A DNA stretch of 64,000 nt, taken from assembly GCF_009914755.1 (NCBI RefSeq), contig NC_060926.1; one strand, 5' to 3'. A program made the position numbers and the translations under genes. The notes beneath the pieces were generated by a model. That model worked only from the letters and a program-made list of their open reading frames with translations, was not told the origin of the DNA and did not search any database. Positions 31,451 through 45,773 of the stretch are shown one piece after another (the first letter of the stretch is position 1; every line of letters begins with the position of its first letter). The stretch is from the human T2T-CHM13v2.0 reference genome, Homo sapiens.

Positions 31451-33076
31451 AAGAATGTTCATTGAATTTGACTTCGAAAGAACTGAACAATTAGAAACAA
31501 TCTAAATGACCAACAAGAAGGTTGATTATGATATCTGAATAACAGGACTTCAAGAAGGGATTAAAAATCACACCAATCTGTATTTACTGGCATAGCAAGG
31601 TACCTATCAACAGTATGTTAAGTGACAGCAAAAAAGGTTATCAGACAGTACATACAGCATGATCCTCTACTGTAAAAGAGGGCTGTGTGAGAGTGACATC
31701 AGCGAGACAGAAACAGGAAACCCAGACACACAAGACACATTCCCCACACGAGACACAGATTTAAAATCTGAGCATTCCACAGCCAGAGGCCCTCTCTTGG
31801 GCACAGACCACAGTGAGGAAACACTCAATTCCCGACTTCTCCCTAAGGAGAGAAAGAAGTTGGTGTATACCCAGTGTTTTTGACTTTTTCGAGTGCAGCC
31901 AGAGGGAATGATTTCTGTCTCATCTAAATCATAGTGTCAGGAACAGGGCACCAGGTTGGGAGCTAAGAACAAAGGCCATCAGTTGGCACCAGAGGCTGCA
32001 GTACCAGAGACAGAAACTAGGTGGAGCTCCAGTACTGCAGCTTACTACAATACCAACAAGGCCACAGTGCTGCAGAGCTCCTGACTAGAAACCAGTCAAC
32101 TTCAATTAGGAGATTACACCCACAAGCAGAGAGGACATGGCCCCAGAAAAGGCTCAAAGGGCTCCAGAGTCTTTAACTAGGCTGACTGAAGAAAATCCTT
32201 CCACTACAAAACCAAACTGCAAAGACTGGGAGAGGTGGCTGATTTTTCAAATGCCAAGATCCCAACAACAAAAAACAAGATATACAAATAAACAAAAATA
32301 TGGTATATCCAAAGGAACAAGTTAAAACTCCAGAAACCAACCCCAAAGAAATGAAGACATATGAACTGCCCAGTAATTCAAAATAACTGTCATAAGATTG
32401 CTCAGTAAATTAAAAGAGAGCAGAGACAGACAACTAAATGAAATTTGGAATATGATGCATGAACAAAATGAGAATATCAATAGAGATAGAAACTATAAAG
32501 AGCCAAACAGAAATTCTAAAACTGAAGAATACAAAACCTGAATTGAAAATTTCACTAGAAGGACTAAACAGCAGACCTGAGCAGGCAGAAGAATCAGTGA
32601 ACTTAAAGATAGGACTTTTGAAATTACTGAGGCACAGGAGCAAAAAGAAAAAAGAATAACAGAAAAATAGCGATACCCTAAGGGACCTATGGACAGCACA
32701 AAGTGAAACAACATACACATTATGAGAGTTCTACAAGGAGAAGAGAGCCTATTTGAACTTCCCAAATATGAGGATAGAAATGGACATACAAATTCAAAAA
32801 GTTCAAAGAACCCCAACTACAATAAATTGATCTACACCAAGAAGAATCATAATGAAGTTGTCAAAAGTCACAAAGAATCCTGAAAGCCATAAGAGGAAAG
32901 TGACCCAACAAATACAAGATAACGTCTATTAGATTATCAGCAGATTTCCCAGAAGAAACTTTATTATAGGCTAGAAGAGGGTGGAATGATATGTTCAAAG
33001 TGCTAAAACATACTAAACAAAAACTGGCCAGCCAAGAATATTATATCTGACAAAATTGTAATTCAAAAGTAAAGAA

Positions 33077-33503
33077 GGCCAGGCGCGGTGGCTCACACCT
33101 GTAATCCCAGCACTTTGGGAGACCGAGGCAGGTGGATCACCTGAGGTCAGGAGTTCGCGACCAGCCTGAACAACGCGGTGAAACCCCATCTCTACTAAAA
33201 ATACAAAAATTAGCTGGGTGTGGTGGTGGGCACCTGTAACCCTAGCTACTCGGGAAGCTGAGGCAGAATGGCGTGAACCCGGAAGGTGGAGCTTACAGTG
33301 AGCCGAGATCGCGCCACTGCACTTCAGCCTGGGCGACAGAGCAAGACTCCATCTCAAAAAAAAGGAAAAGAAAAAAAGAATGTTCAGGCTGGGCGCAGCA
33401 AGGTGGAGGTTGCAGTGAGCTGGGATTGTGCCACTGCACTCCAGCCTGGGGAACAGAGCAAGACTCCATCTCAAAAAAAAAAGAAAGAAAGAAAGAAAGA
33501 AAT
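33077..33503 (+). mobile_element. Alu + internally deleted Alu fragment within L1 ORF1
   Basis: Full Alu, spacer aagaatgttca, then ggctgggcgcagc joined to the right-arm end; (aaag)n tail. Confidence 0.88.
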
Positions 33504-34724
33504 TAAGACTTTCCCAGATAAACAAAAGCTGAGTGAGTTCATCACCACTAGACCTGCCCTACTGCTGAAGGAACATTTTCAAGTTGAAGTGAAAGGTCAA
33601 TAAGCAGTAATAAAGCACCATATAAAAATATAAAACTCCCTGGTAAAGGTAAATATACAGATAAATATAGACGTAGTAAGGTAATGCAGGTGCATGAATC
33701 ACTTTAAAATCTGGTACCCCTTTCAAATCTTTTGATCACATTAAAATCACTTCTTAAAGACTAAAAGCACAAACAATAATTATAAATCTGAGTTAATGTA
33801 TATGCAATATAAAAAGCGGTCACTGGTGTCATTGGTAAAATAGAGTGCAGGGGAGACAGAGATGTAAAAGAGTAGAGATTTTATTTGTCATTGAAGTAAT
33901 AAATAGACTGTTATAACTTTAAGATATGTAATTGCAATGGTAACTACAAAATGAGTATCTATTGAATATACACAAAAGGAAATAGAAAGGGAATCAAAAT
34001 ACGTCACTATTTTAAAAAATCAACGAAACACAAAAGAAAGCAGCAAGAGAGGAAAAGATAGACAAAAAGTTCCAAGACATACAAAAAAATAAAGTAAATG
34101 GCAATAGTAAGTCTTTCTGTATTAGTAATCACTAAAAATGTAAATGGGTCAAACATCCCAATTAAAAGACACAGTTAGGCCAAATGGAAATTTTTAATGA
34201 GATCTATTAATATACTATCTACAAGAAACTTACTTTACATCAAAAGACACACATAGGTTAAAAGTGAAAGAATGAAAAAAGATAATTCATGAAATCCAGA
34301 ACTGAAAGAAAACAAGGATGGCCATACTTAGACAAAATAAGACTTTAAGACAAAAACTGTCACAAGAGACAAAGAAGGACATTGTACAATAATAAAAGGG
34401 TCAGTCAAATCTCTGAAAAGACATAACAATTCTAAATAAAGATGCACCTAATAATAGAGGTCTCAGATATATGAAGTCAACACTGACAGAATTGAAAGAA
34501 GAAACAAACACCACCACAATAATACTAGGGGGTTTCAATATTCTACTTCAGTTATGGATAGATCAGACAGAAGATCAATAAGGAAACATCGGACTTAAAC
34601 AACACTATAATCAAACGGACCCGACAGACATAAAGAACACTGATCCCAACAACAGCAGAATACACATTCTTCTCAAGAGCATATGGAACATTCTCCAAGA
34701 CAGACCACATGTTAGGCCCCATAA

Positions 34725-35330
<606 letters not shown>

Positions 35331-37852
35331 CCAACAAATTTAAGAAGACTAAAACTATGCAATGTATCTTCTCTGACTACAACAAAATGAAACTAGAAGT
35401 CAATAGCAGAAAAGTAAACCCAGAAAATACACAAATGTGTGGAAATTAAACAACTCGCCCCTAAACAACCAATGGGTCAAAGAAGAAATCACAAGGGATT
35501 TAGAAAAAAATCCAGAAACAAACGAAAACAAAAAAAAAAATATACCAAAATGTATGATATATAGCAAAAGCCATACAAAGAGGGAAGTTTATACCAGTAA
35601 ACATTTACATTAAAAAAAAGAAGAAAGATCTCAAAATCAGCAACCTAACTTCAACCTCAAGGAAATTGAAAAAAAGAAACAAACTAAACCCAAAATTAGC
35701 AGAAGGGAGAAAAAAAAATAAAGATTAGATCAGATAAATAAATAGAAAAAAATAAATAAATAGAAAAAAAAAAGCAGAAAAAAACCCAAAGAAACCTAGA
35801 GTTGGTTTTTGAAAAGATCAATAAAATTAATAAACCCTTAGCTAGATTAGCTAAGAAAAAAAGAAGATTCAAATAACTAAAAGTAGAAATGAAAGAGGGA
35901 ACATAACAACTGATATCACAGAAATAGAAGAATTACAAGAGACTACTAGGAACAATTATGTGCCAACAAATTGGATAATCTACAAGAAATGGATAAACCT
36001 CTAAAAACAATTTTCCATGGGTGAATCATGGAGAAATAAAAACTTTGAACACACTTATAATAACTAAGGGGATTAAAGCAGTAATCAAAAACCTCTCAGC
36101 AAAGAAAAACCCAGGACCAGAGAACTTCACTGGAAAATTCTGCTGAACACTTAAAGAATTAACATCAATCTTCCTCAAACAGCTATCTTCCAAAGAACTG
36201 AAACAGAGGGAACACTTTTCAAACACATTCTAGGAGGCCTGCATTTCTCTGACACCAAAGCCAGACAAAGACACAAGAAAACTACAGACCAATATCCCTG
36301 ATGCAAAAATCCTCAACAGAACACTAGCAAATGGAATTAAAATGCACATTAAAAGAATTATATACACCATAACCAAGTGGGATTTATACCTGCAATACAG
36401 GGATCGTTCAACACACAAAAATCAATCAGTGTAACATATACTACATTAACAAAATGGAGGAAAAAAACACATGATCATCTCAATTGGTATGGAAAAGCAT
36501 TTGACAACATTCAAGACACTTTCTTGATTAAAAAAAATGTGACGAACTAGAAATAGAAAAAAACTTATTCAACAAAATAAAGGTAATATATGAAAAGCCC
36601 ATCGGTAATATCACACTTGGCAGCAAACAAATGAAAGCTTTCCCTCTAAGATTAGAAGCAGGGCAAGGAGTCCCACTTTCACCACTACTAGTCAACATAG
36701 TGCTGGAAATCCTAACTAGAGCAATTAAACAAGTAAAAAAAGTAAAAGGTACCCAAACCGGAAAAGAAGAAGTAAAATTATCATTATTTGCAGATGAAAT
36801 AATCTTATATGTAGAAAAACCTAAAGAATCCACCAAAAACTACAAGCAATAAATGATTTCAGCAAAGTTTCAGGATACAAAATCAACACACAAAAATAGT
36901 TGTATTTTTGTATACTAACAATGACCAATCCAAAAAAAAAATCAAGAAAACAATGCCATTTACTGTAGTATCAAAAAAGATAAAATACTTAGGAATAAAC
37001 CTAACTGGGGAGGTGGAAAATTTTTCTACAAAACATTTCTAAAAGAAATCAAAGAAGATACAAATAAATGGAAAGACATCTTGTGCTCATGTATTGGAAG
37101 ACTTAATAATATTAAAATGTCCACACTACCTAAAGCGATCTACAGATTCAATACAATCCCTACCAAAATTCCCAAGGCATTTTTTACAGAAATAGAAAAA
37201 AATCCTCCTCAAATTTACATGGAGTCTGAAGTGACCCTAAACAGCCAAAATAGTCTTAAAAAAAAGGGAACACAGTTGGAGGCCTCATACTTCCTAATTT
37301 TAAAACATGCTACATGTCAGGTGCAGCAGCTCGTGTCTGTAATCCCATGACATATTGTGTTCTTGGTAAAAATTGGACTGTTGTGCTGCTAAAAATAATT
37401 GGACTGTTAGAATTAAATGTCAATTTTATTATCTTCAAAATAGTGGTAACAGTATTGTGGCCTACAAAAAAAAATTAGTTCATTGTAAGACCACTAAAGA
37501 AAAATTGTAAGAAAATTCCTCTTTAAAATCTGCCAAATAATGACATCTTAGTTCTTCTTGACAGTGGAGAGAGGGAAGAGGGAAGAGAAGATGGGGGAAT
37601 GGGAGAAAAAGAGGAAAAAGATAAGTGAGTTGCAGGTCCCCCGCTAAGTGGAGGGCTGGCTTCCCTACTCAGTGGAGAAACATCAGAGCCCACATGCTCA
37701 GTTACCATGGAGACCCCTCTGCTCTGAGATAGTTATGATTTGTCAGATCTCAGAGGGTTTGCACTTTCAAAACTTCCTGTTTTAATGAAAACATACCCTT
37801 GATAACACTTTTTCTTTACAAGCATGAAAAACAAAGGAAAAACTACACTTAC

Positions 37853-37928
37853 CTGAATGTAATATATGCCCTTTTCTTGAGCATACATCATTAGAAAACA
37901 GTAATCTAGGTTTTGCTTTGTTCTCCAT
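37853..37928 (-). CDS. MGAT4A: MGAT4A exon (probable 8): (R)[25 protein letters not shown]
   Basis: tttcag acceptor, CAG|gtaagt donor; 76 nt. Confidence 0.96.
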
Positions 37929-38759
37929 CTGAAATAAACATTTTCAAAAAGTAAGTTAGGAATCAGACTCAAATTTAGTAAAATAAGATTAAATGTATAA
38001 ATGTCAAATGTCTACATAACATGTCATCTATGTATATGTGTACACACACACACATACACACACACTCACTTAGGACGAAGAGTCAAAGAAAATTCACTTT
38101 CCTCTAATGAAGACTTTATCAAAATGTATTCCCAAGAACACTAATTCTCAAGCTGTCCTGAGGAAAAAAATGAGTCTAATATCAAGTAAGTATGTATACA
38201 TGTTCCCCTTCTAGAAACATATTAATTCATAAGAGGCACAAAAATATCCAACGGTAAAGACATTTATTGGGAAAAAAATTCTTAATACATATTTTTCCAA
38301 ACTTCCTTGACCACAGACCCTTTTTTCAGTAATATCTTAATGTTTCATCAAATGAGTGCTTCAAAAATTACACTTTTAGGGTCCCTATTCTGGTGCCTAG
38401 GACTGTTTGCACGCAGATCAAAGTTCACAAATAGGTACTGAATGCTTTAAAAAATTCATATTTAAATTTACAGTATTAAACCCTGTCAGTGAATTCCTGG
38501 TAGCCTACAGAAACACATAAGAGAAGTGGATCTAAAAGCTAGTTTAAGAAAACACAGTAAAATAAAAGCTAATATTAAGTTTTTACATATTCTAAGAAAA
38601 CTCTACATTATTTCCAAGCGGTCCTGGACTTAATGAGACTTACCTAGAATATTTTACCAAATTCAACTCTAAAATGTTTTCAGCTTCGATAAATAAAAAC
38701 TACATGTATTAAATATTTACACTCACAAGTGTGGAGGATTTTAAACAGCACATGCTCAC

Positions 38760-38873
38760 CTTACTCTTTCTTTGGAGTCTCCAAATGTCTCCTTTAGGTT
38801 TGTCAAGTCAGGATAATAGCTTTCAGGGGGTGATATGACTTCCACCAAGCCAGAACTGATTTCTTTAGAAAAT
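38760..38873 (-). CDS. MGAT4A: MGAT4A exon (probable 7): (E)[37 protein letters not shown](R)
   Basis: aatag acceptor, AAG|gtgagc donor; 114 nt. Confidence 0.96.
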
Positions 38874-39337
38874 CTATTATGAGAAAGTTAGCTGAGTTAC
38901 TTAAGTTCTGTGGGATTTTATTTATCTTAAAGCTCAATACACTGTGTTTAACATAAAACACATCAGTAATCATTTGTAGCAACGTATAATGTTATGGCCG
39001 CAAGGTGTTAAAAGGAGCAGCTCATCACTGATTTCATTTACAGAAAATACAGTTTTTTCCAATAGCAAAAGTTTTTTTTTAAAGTAATGCTTTAAAAACT
39101 ATAAAATACTGCTCTTATTAAAGTAGCATAGAAATCCTAAGCCAACTGCAGGCATTAACGTTCCTAAAATGTATCTGAATTAAAAAAAAAAAATCAAGGT
39201 CTCACAGAAAATAGAAAATTGAAGAAAAACAAATAAGTATGTATGTGTCTTTAAATACGTATATTTTGCAAAAACCAAAGCTCTTACATCTTCAAGAAGC
39301 TTTGCTTGTGGGTTATAGACCACATGTCATTCTCAAC

Positions 39338-39550
39338 CAGTGTTTCTCAACTGGGGGTGATTCTGTCCCTCTGGAAGACATTTAGCAATGTCTGAAGACG
39401 TTCTGGTTGCCACAACTGTGATCAGTACTACTGACGCCTAGTGGGTAGACATTAGGGATCCTGCCCCACATTCTACAATGCATACGGCAGCCCCCACAAC
39501 AAAAAATTATCTGGCCCAAAATGTCCATTGGGCTGAGGTTAAGAACCCTT
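39338..39550. mobile_element. MER20 (hAT-Charlie)
   Basis: cagtgtttctcaactgggggtgatt...gctgaggttaagaaccct. Confidence 0.88.
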
Positions 39551-40625
39551 TCTAAAGTTTTTAATTAGTCTGTACTGACTGAATTGCAATTTCTTTTGCA
39601 TTTGCATTCTCCCTTGATTCATTTTTGCAAATCTCCACAAAATGCTAGTGCAACTGCCTGCCTTTGCACAAATGTTCTTAATGTTTAACTGTACTTTTTG
39701 TCTGAGCTTGGTTTTCTACACACTAAGGAAGATGTAAATCACCAGAATCCTTGCATAAGCCCACAGACTTGCCCCTGAGGTCAGTGGGAAAGGGGACCAA
39801 TCATTACTGCCCTGTTCCTTAAGAAGTCTATGCCAAATTTTGTTTCTATAAGGACTTCCAAGAAACTCAGCACTTCAGGAAAACCAAACAAATAACAATT
39901 TAATCCTGAACTATAATGTTTTTAAATATTCAATTTTAACATTTTGATAGACAAGGAGCCACATTATTTTAAATGTAGGGTTAGCAAATAATTGTTGCTT
40001 CTTTTTTGTCTTTTCTTTTTAAGTAGAAGGTATATCTTTTAGGGACAAAAAACAGATACAATTTAATGAAGAAATTCATAGCAAGACTAATTTTATTACG
40101 CTATTGAAACTATTAAGGCAATATTATAAAAAATAATATCTGAAACTTACTAAGCTTTCCCTCTGTTACCTACCATGTGCCTCGCTCATAGTAAACTGCT
40201 ACTCAATCTTTGCAGAATACAACAGATTAAGACATAGCTTAAAATTGAGGTCTGAAATTACTACGTTAAATATCTACCCTGAGAGCAGGAAGATTTTGCC
40301 TGGTAAATACAGTGTGAAAGATTTAATCTCATATGACTCTCTCTGTATTCACTGTCTTCAAGATTAAAGACTGTTATTTAATAGTGTTACATACATAGGA
40401 CATTCAAGTCTTTTCTATAATGAAATAAACCAATTTATCCCATCACATAACTAGATATATATGCACCTACTTTGGGACAATATCAAATACCAATCAGAGG
40501 TGATCTAATAAACAATGAACTCCACAGAGAAATGAACTATCAAGGAAGGCATTTTCTTTTAGCAAGAAACCCAAGAGATAATAGTAACCAAAATATTTGT
40601 ATGTTTATAATTAAGAAGAACTTAC

Positions 40626-40672
40626 TCTTTCTCCAGGTTGGCTACAACACCATGTACATAATCAATATCTGT
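40626..40672 (-). CDS. MGAT4A: MGAT4A exon (probable 6): TDIDYVHGVVANLEK(E)
   Basis: ttcccag acceptor, AGA|gtaagt donor; 47 nt. Confidence 0.95.
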
Positions 40673-41897
40673 CTGGGAAAGAAAAAAAATGTATCTATAT
40701 TCAAGTTTTTATATTTTTATTTAACTGTTAATACTGAACTCGAAATTAAATGAATGATAAAAACATTCATTAAAACCATACATTAAATTTTTAGACAATT
40801 TATTAAATTTGCATTTCTGTATTGTTCTATTGTACTACTGAATGTCACTGAGCACTTGCTAATAAGCAGATATTGAAGTTTTTATTATTTTAATTGTCTG
40901 TGTTGCATTCACTAGGAAAACTGAACACAAAAACTACTTCTATCAAAACATCCAAACTATTGTGAATAGCATTAGTGACAGATGCTGCACGATATGAAGA
41001 AAGATTTTTCTACTTGGAATCATAAAACCTAGGTTCAAGGTTTGCCTCTGTAGCTACTGAACTGCATACTCTAAAGTCATTTCTCTGAGTTTCAACCTAT
41101 TCTATGAAAAAAAGGAAATACCTTACAGATTATGAGATTAAATGATAAAACTATGTAATAAAAAACTGCTATTATTACACCATATTAATATTACACTGAC
41201 ACTGAGAACTGAATCAAGAGCACTTCAATCAGTTAGAAATAAACATTTATCAGATCTGCATATTTTTAAATTATGAACAAGTCAAAATTCTAATACTTCT
41301 TATTAATTTTTCTTTATTTTCTTTATTGATTTAATGAATCACATATTCACATTTCACAAACATTTACTGAATGCCTACTCTAGGCCAGGCTGCACTGCAG
41401 TGAACAAGTCTAAGCATGGCAGGCATGTTTTAAACAGACATTTTCAACCAAGTTCAGATCTAACCCAGCATGGAGGGTAGAAGCATCAGAAGAGGATGCC
41501 TGGAAGAGGTGACGTTCAACAGTAAGAATTGGCTTGTTCCAGGGCTCTGGCTCCCAGGGGTCTAACAGAGATAAACATCATTAGCTTTTCTCCTCTAAGA
41601 GGTAAACGGAGTCTGTCTCTGATGCTATGTCAAAGACCGTGAAATTGGGTCAAAGTGAAACCACTTTCTAGGCTAGCTGTAAGGACTGACAAACAGGGTG
41701 GAGCACAGGTGATGGGCAAATGTAAATAATTATGAGCATTATTTCTCCGGTGTGTGTGTCCAGACATCATCCTCCTCCTAACTCCAGATCCTTGCCCCTT
41801 CAAGGACCCCAGGAAGCCCAAGGGACAACCAGGCCAGGGACATGGCAGGCTGGGTTACAGGGCCATAGCCACATTTTTGAGCCAGCCAGAGCCCTAT

Positions 41898-42251
41898 TGA
41901 TATGGTTTGGCGTGTCCCCACCCAAGTCTCATCTCGAATTGTAGCTCCCATAATTCCCATGTGTTCTGGGAGGGACCCTGTGGAGATAACTGAATCATGG
42001 GGGCAGTTTCCCCCATACTGTTCTTGTGATAGTGAATAAGGCTTATAAGATCTCATGGTTTTATAAGGGGTTTCCCCCTTTCACTTGATTCTCATTTTCT
42101 CTCTTGTCTGTTGCCATGTAAGACATGCCTTTCGCCTTCTGCCATGATTGTGAGGCCTTTCCAGCCATGTGGAACTGTGAGTCCATTTTTCTTTATAAAT
42201 TACCCAGTCTTGGGTATGTCTTTATCAGCAGCATAAAAATGGACTAATACA
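41898..42251 (+). mobile_element. THE1 solo LTR (THE1B/C-like)
   Basis: tgatatggtttgg...ggactaataca; TSD cctat/cctac. Confidence 0.93.
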
Positions 42252-42444
42252 CCTACCTATCAATTTTAAATACAGCGATAACTTATAAAAATGCTCAATT
42301 GTTAAAAGACTCAATGATATATAAAATATAATCTATGTTATAAAGACTGTCAAAGCACTTAATACTTGAGAAAAACAAACAAAAAAGGTATAGCTTAATC
42401 CTGGAAATTGCAAAACCATCAAATTATAAAAAGTTTTTATAACA

Positions 42445-42822
42445 GGCTTTCTGGAAAACAATATACAAACATCGGTAGCATTTCTACATACTAACAATGA
42501 ACTATCTGAAAAAGAAATCAAGAGAACAATCCCATTTAAAATAGCTACCAAAAAAATACTTAGGAAAAAATTTAACCAAGGAAGTGAAAGAACTAGACAC
42601 CAAAAATTATAAAATGTTGATGAAATAATTTGAAGAACACACAAATAAATAGATATCTTTGCTCATGGATTGGAAGAATTAATATCATTTAAATGTCCAT
42701 ATTACCCAAAGTGATCTACAGATTCAATGTAATCCCTATCAAAAAATTTAATGACATTTTTCTCAGAAATGGGAAAAAAATCCTAAAATTCATATATAAC
42801 CACACACACACACACACACGCA

Positions 42823-42873
<51 letters not shown>

Positions 42874-43720
42874 CAAATAGCCAAGGTAATCATGAGGAAA
42901 AACAATAAAGCTGGAGGCAACACACTTTATTATTTCAAACTATACTATGAAGCTATAATAATGTAAACAGTATGGTATTGATTTTTAAAAAACAGACACA
43001 CTGGCCAATGGAACAGAATATAGAGCCTAGAAATGAACTCATGTATGTATGGTCAATTGATTTTCAGCAAAGGTGCCAAGAACACTCAATGAAAAAAGTT
43101 TCTTTAGTAAATGGTGCTGAGAAAACTGGATATCCACATACAGATGAATGAAAGTGGAACTTCAACTCACGTGAAATATACAAATAAACTCAAAATGGAT
43201 TGAAAACAAAAGAAGACTCTAAAACTACCAGAAGAAAACATAAGGGAAAAACTACACGACATTGGCCTGGGCAATGGTTTTTTGGATATGACCCCAAAAG
43301 CTCAGGCAACAAGAACAAAAATAGACAAATAGGATCACATCTAACTAAAACTCTTCTACATGGCAAAGGAAATAATTAACAGCATGCCTGACAACCTATG
43401 GGTTAGGAGAAAATATCTGCATGCTGCACATCTGATAAACAGTTAATATCCAAAATATATAAGGAACTCAAACAGCTCAAGAGTAAGAAAAAACACTGAA
43501 AAAATAGGCAAAGGACCTGAACAGACATTTCCCAAAAGATGACATACAAATGGCCAACAGATATACGAAAAATCCTCAACACTGCTAATCATTAGGGAAA
43601 TGCAAATTAAAACCACAATCAGATATCATCACATCTGTCAGGATGGCTAACTGTCAAAAAGACAAAAGATAACAAGTATTAGGAAGAATGTGGAGAAAAG
43701 AAACGGATGGATATATACAC
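42445..43720 (+). mobile_element. L1 ORF2 3' fragment (L1MA/MB-like)
   Basis: MSILPKVIYRFNVIPIK; aaatgcaaattaaaaccaca motif. Confidence 0.88.
42801..42872. repeat. (CA)n microsatellite with CG interruptions
   Basis: ~72 bp of uninterrupted purine-pyrimidine alternation. Confidence 0.97.
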
Positions 43721-45459
43721 TGTATCCATACTGGATACATACATGGATCCACTGTATCCATATTATCAAGCTCTGAGTATAGGTTGGTAAATAAAGAAGA
43801 TCTCTGTTTGTAGAACTTAAAACTGGTGAGAGAAGCAGTTCATAAGCAAACAAACAAAAATATGTACACATATGTATGTGTATATATAACTGAATATTGT
43901 GTTATAAAAATAGAATGCAATAATAGAGGAAAAACAGAGATGGCCTACTTAAACATTACATTCAGAGAAAATCTCTCTGAAGACTTGACATTTAAGCCTA
44001 AATTTGATACATATTTCTATTCAAATGTACAAAACTAAACAGAAAACATTAAAAGGGCTATTTTAAGTTCATTAATTGGAGCTTTGTCCTTAATAGCATG
44101 TTGATGCTATAGCAATGGTTCTCATTTTTTATTAGAACCCATTTAGTTAAAAACATGTTCATAATTTACCCATCTCTGATCACCTCCATGAACAGTCTCC
44201 CAGTCCAAGCCTCACCTCGATTATGGCAACAGCTTTCTAAGTAGTCTCCTTTCTTTTGCCCTTACCAAAGCAGACAGCAGGATCCTTTTTAAAAAGGCAA
44301 GTCATATTATTCTTGCCAAAAATGCATAGTCAAAATATAATCATGAGAAAATATCAGATAAATCCAAACTGAGACATTTTACAAAATAACTGACCAGTGC
44401 CCATCAAAAATGTCCAAGTTCATGAAAGACACAAACATGGACAGGAGGAAGCTAAGGCATGAGAACCGCTAACTGCAATGTGGTGTTCCATAGTGCATGC
44501 TGGAACAGAAAGGCGAACCCAGGCGGAAAAACAGGAAACTCAAATAAAGTCTGTAGTTTGGTTGAGTATTATATCAGTGTTAATTTCCTGGTTTTGATAA
44601 CTATAATATGGCTACATATGTTGTTAACATCAGAGCAAGCTGAGTGAAGGAGATACCCTCTATAATTTCTGCAACTTTCTGTAAATCTAAAATTATTTCA
44701 GAACAAAAAGTCTTAACATATAATTTGAAATAGTTATATTTATGTAGAGGAGTAACAGGTAATTTTTCATTATATATTTATGTAATTGTTTTGAACAGTA
44801 TGCATTTGTTTACTTCTCTAATAAGGAAATCATCAAGACCATTTTCATTTAAAAAGACATGGGGAACTCTAAAAAGTTAGGAATTAGTGGGCCAGAACTA
44901 GACCATGTCCTAAATCCTTTCCCATTCTGAAATTCTATACAATAATTAAGAAAATATTTACTCTAGGGTCTTATTCCTCATGATTTAAAAAGAACTTGCT
45001 CAAGATTTATTCTTTCTCTAAATCTTTTGAGGAGACTAAAATACAAGAAGTGTGGTATTTCTCATTCACATGATTTCTTAGGAGTACAGAGAAGGGATGG
45101 AGAGAATAAAAGAATGATAAAACCCCAGCTGAGCCTAAACCTTTTTCAGGTTTCAGGACTCCCAAAGATCATCAGTGCAAATCTCCAAATTTAAGTCTTA
45201 GAGCTAGAAATAGGCACACGTTCTTAAAGATCTACGGGTGTAACATCCTATTGACAACAAATATTACTATTCCTGGTTTGTAATTGCAGGACAGAAGTGA
45301 GTTCAATTTACATTAAACTACCAGATAGAATATATTACCTAAGCTTTACTCATCACATTTTTTAAAAAGCGTTTTTAAAAGCATATTCAAATATTCAATT
45401 AGAGTTTCAACTCTTATAGGCTATATTTGGTAAAAACATAACAACAATTAAATAATTAC

Positions 45460-45593
45460 CTCTCCTATGAAGACTACTATAACACAGTCCAACTTCTCTT
45501 CAGGATACAGGTTATCAATAAGGGAATGAAGAGTTTCTATGAGGTAAGATTTAACTTCTCTCTTCACTGTGGGAATGCCCATGACTATTGAAA
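45460..45593 (-). CDS. MGAT4A: MGAT4A exon (probable 5): (V)[44 protein letters not shown]
   Basis: ttttccag acceptor, GAG|gtaatt donor; 134 nt; start of catalytic domain. Confidence 0.96.
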
Positions 45594-45754
45594 CTGGAAA
45601 AAAAAATAGTAATTATATTAAAAAACTGTACAAGGACAATACAGAAAAACACTTCTATTTCAAAAGTATTATACCCTCTCAAATTGATAGGAATAACTGA
45701 TGGATCAAAATATATTAAGTTTCAGGAAGAAAAATAAAGAATACAAGGGCATAC

Positions 45755-45773
45755 CTGTAATACTGTAATTCAT
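45755..45773 (-). CDS. MGAT4A: Alternative MGAT4A start exon coding part: MNYSIT(V)
   Basis: aaaATGAATTACAGTATTACAG|gtatgc; phase 1, in frame with the 45593 exon across a 161-bp intron; consistent with a recalled short isoform. Confidence 0.65.

Noticed and set aside
36631-37350. Reverse-transcriptase-like ORFs
   Set aside because: Decayed L1 ORF2 with frameshifts and FADE in place of the catalytic ADD; not an active or novel RT system.
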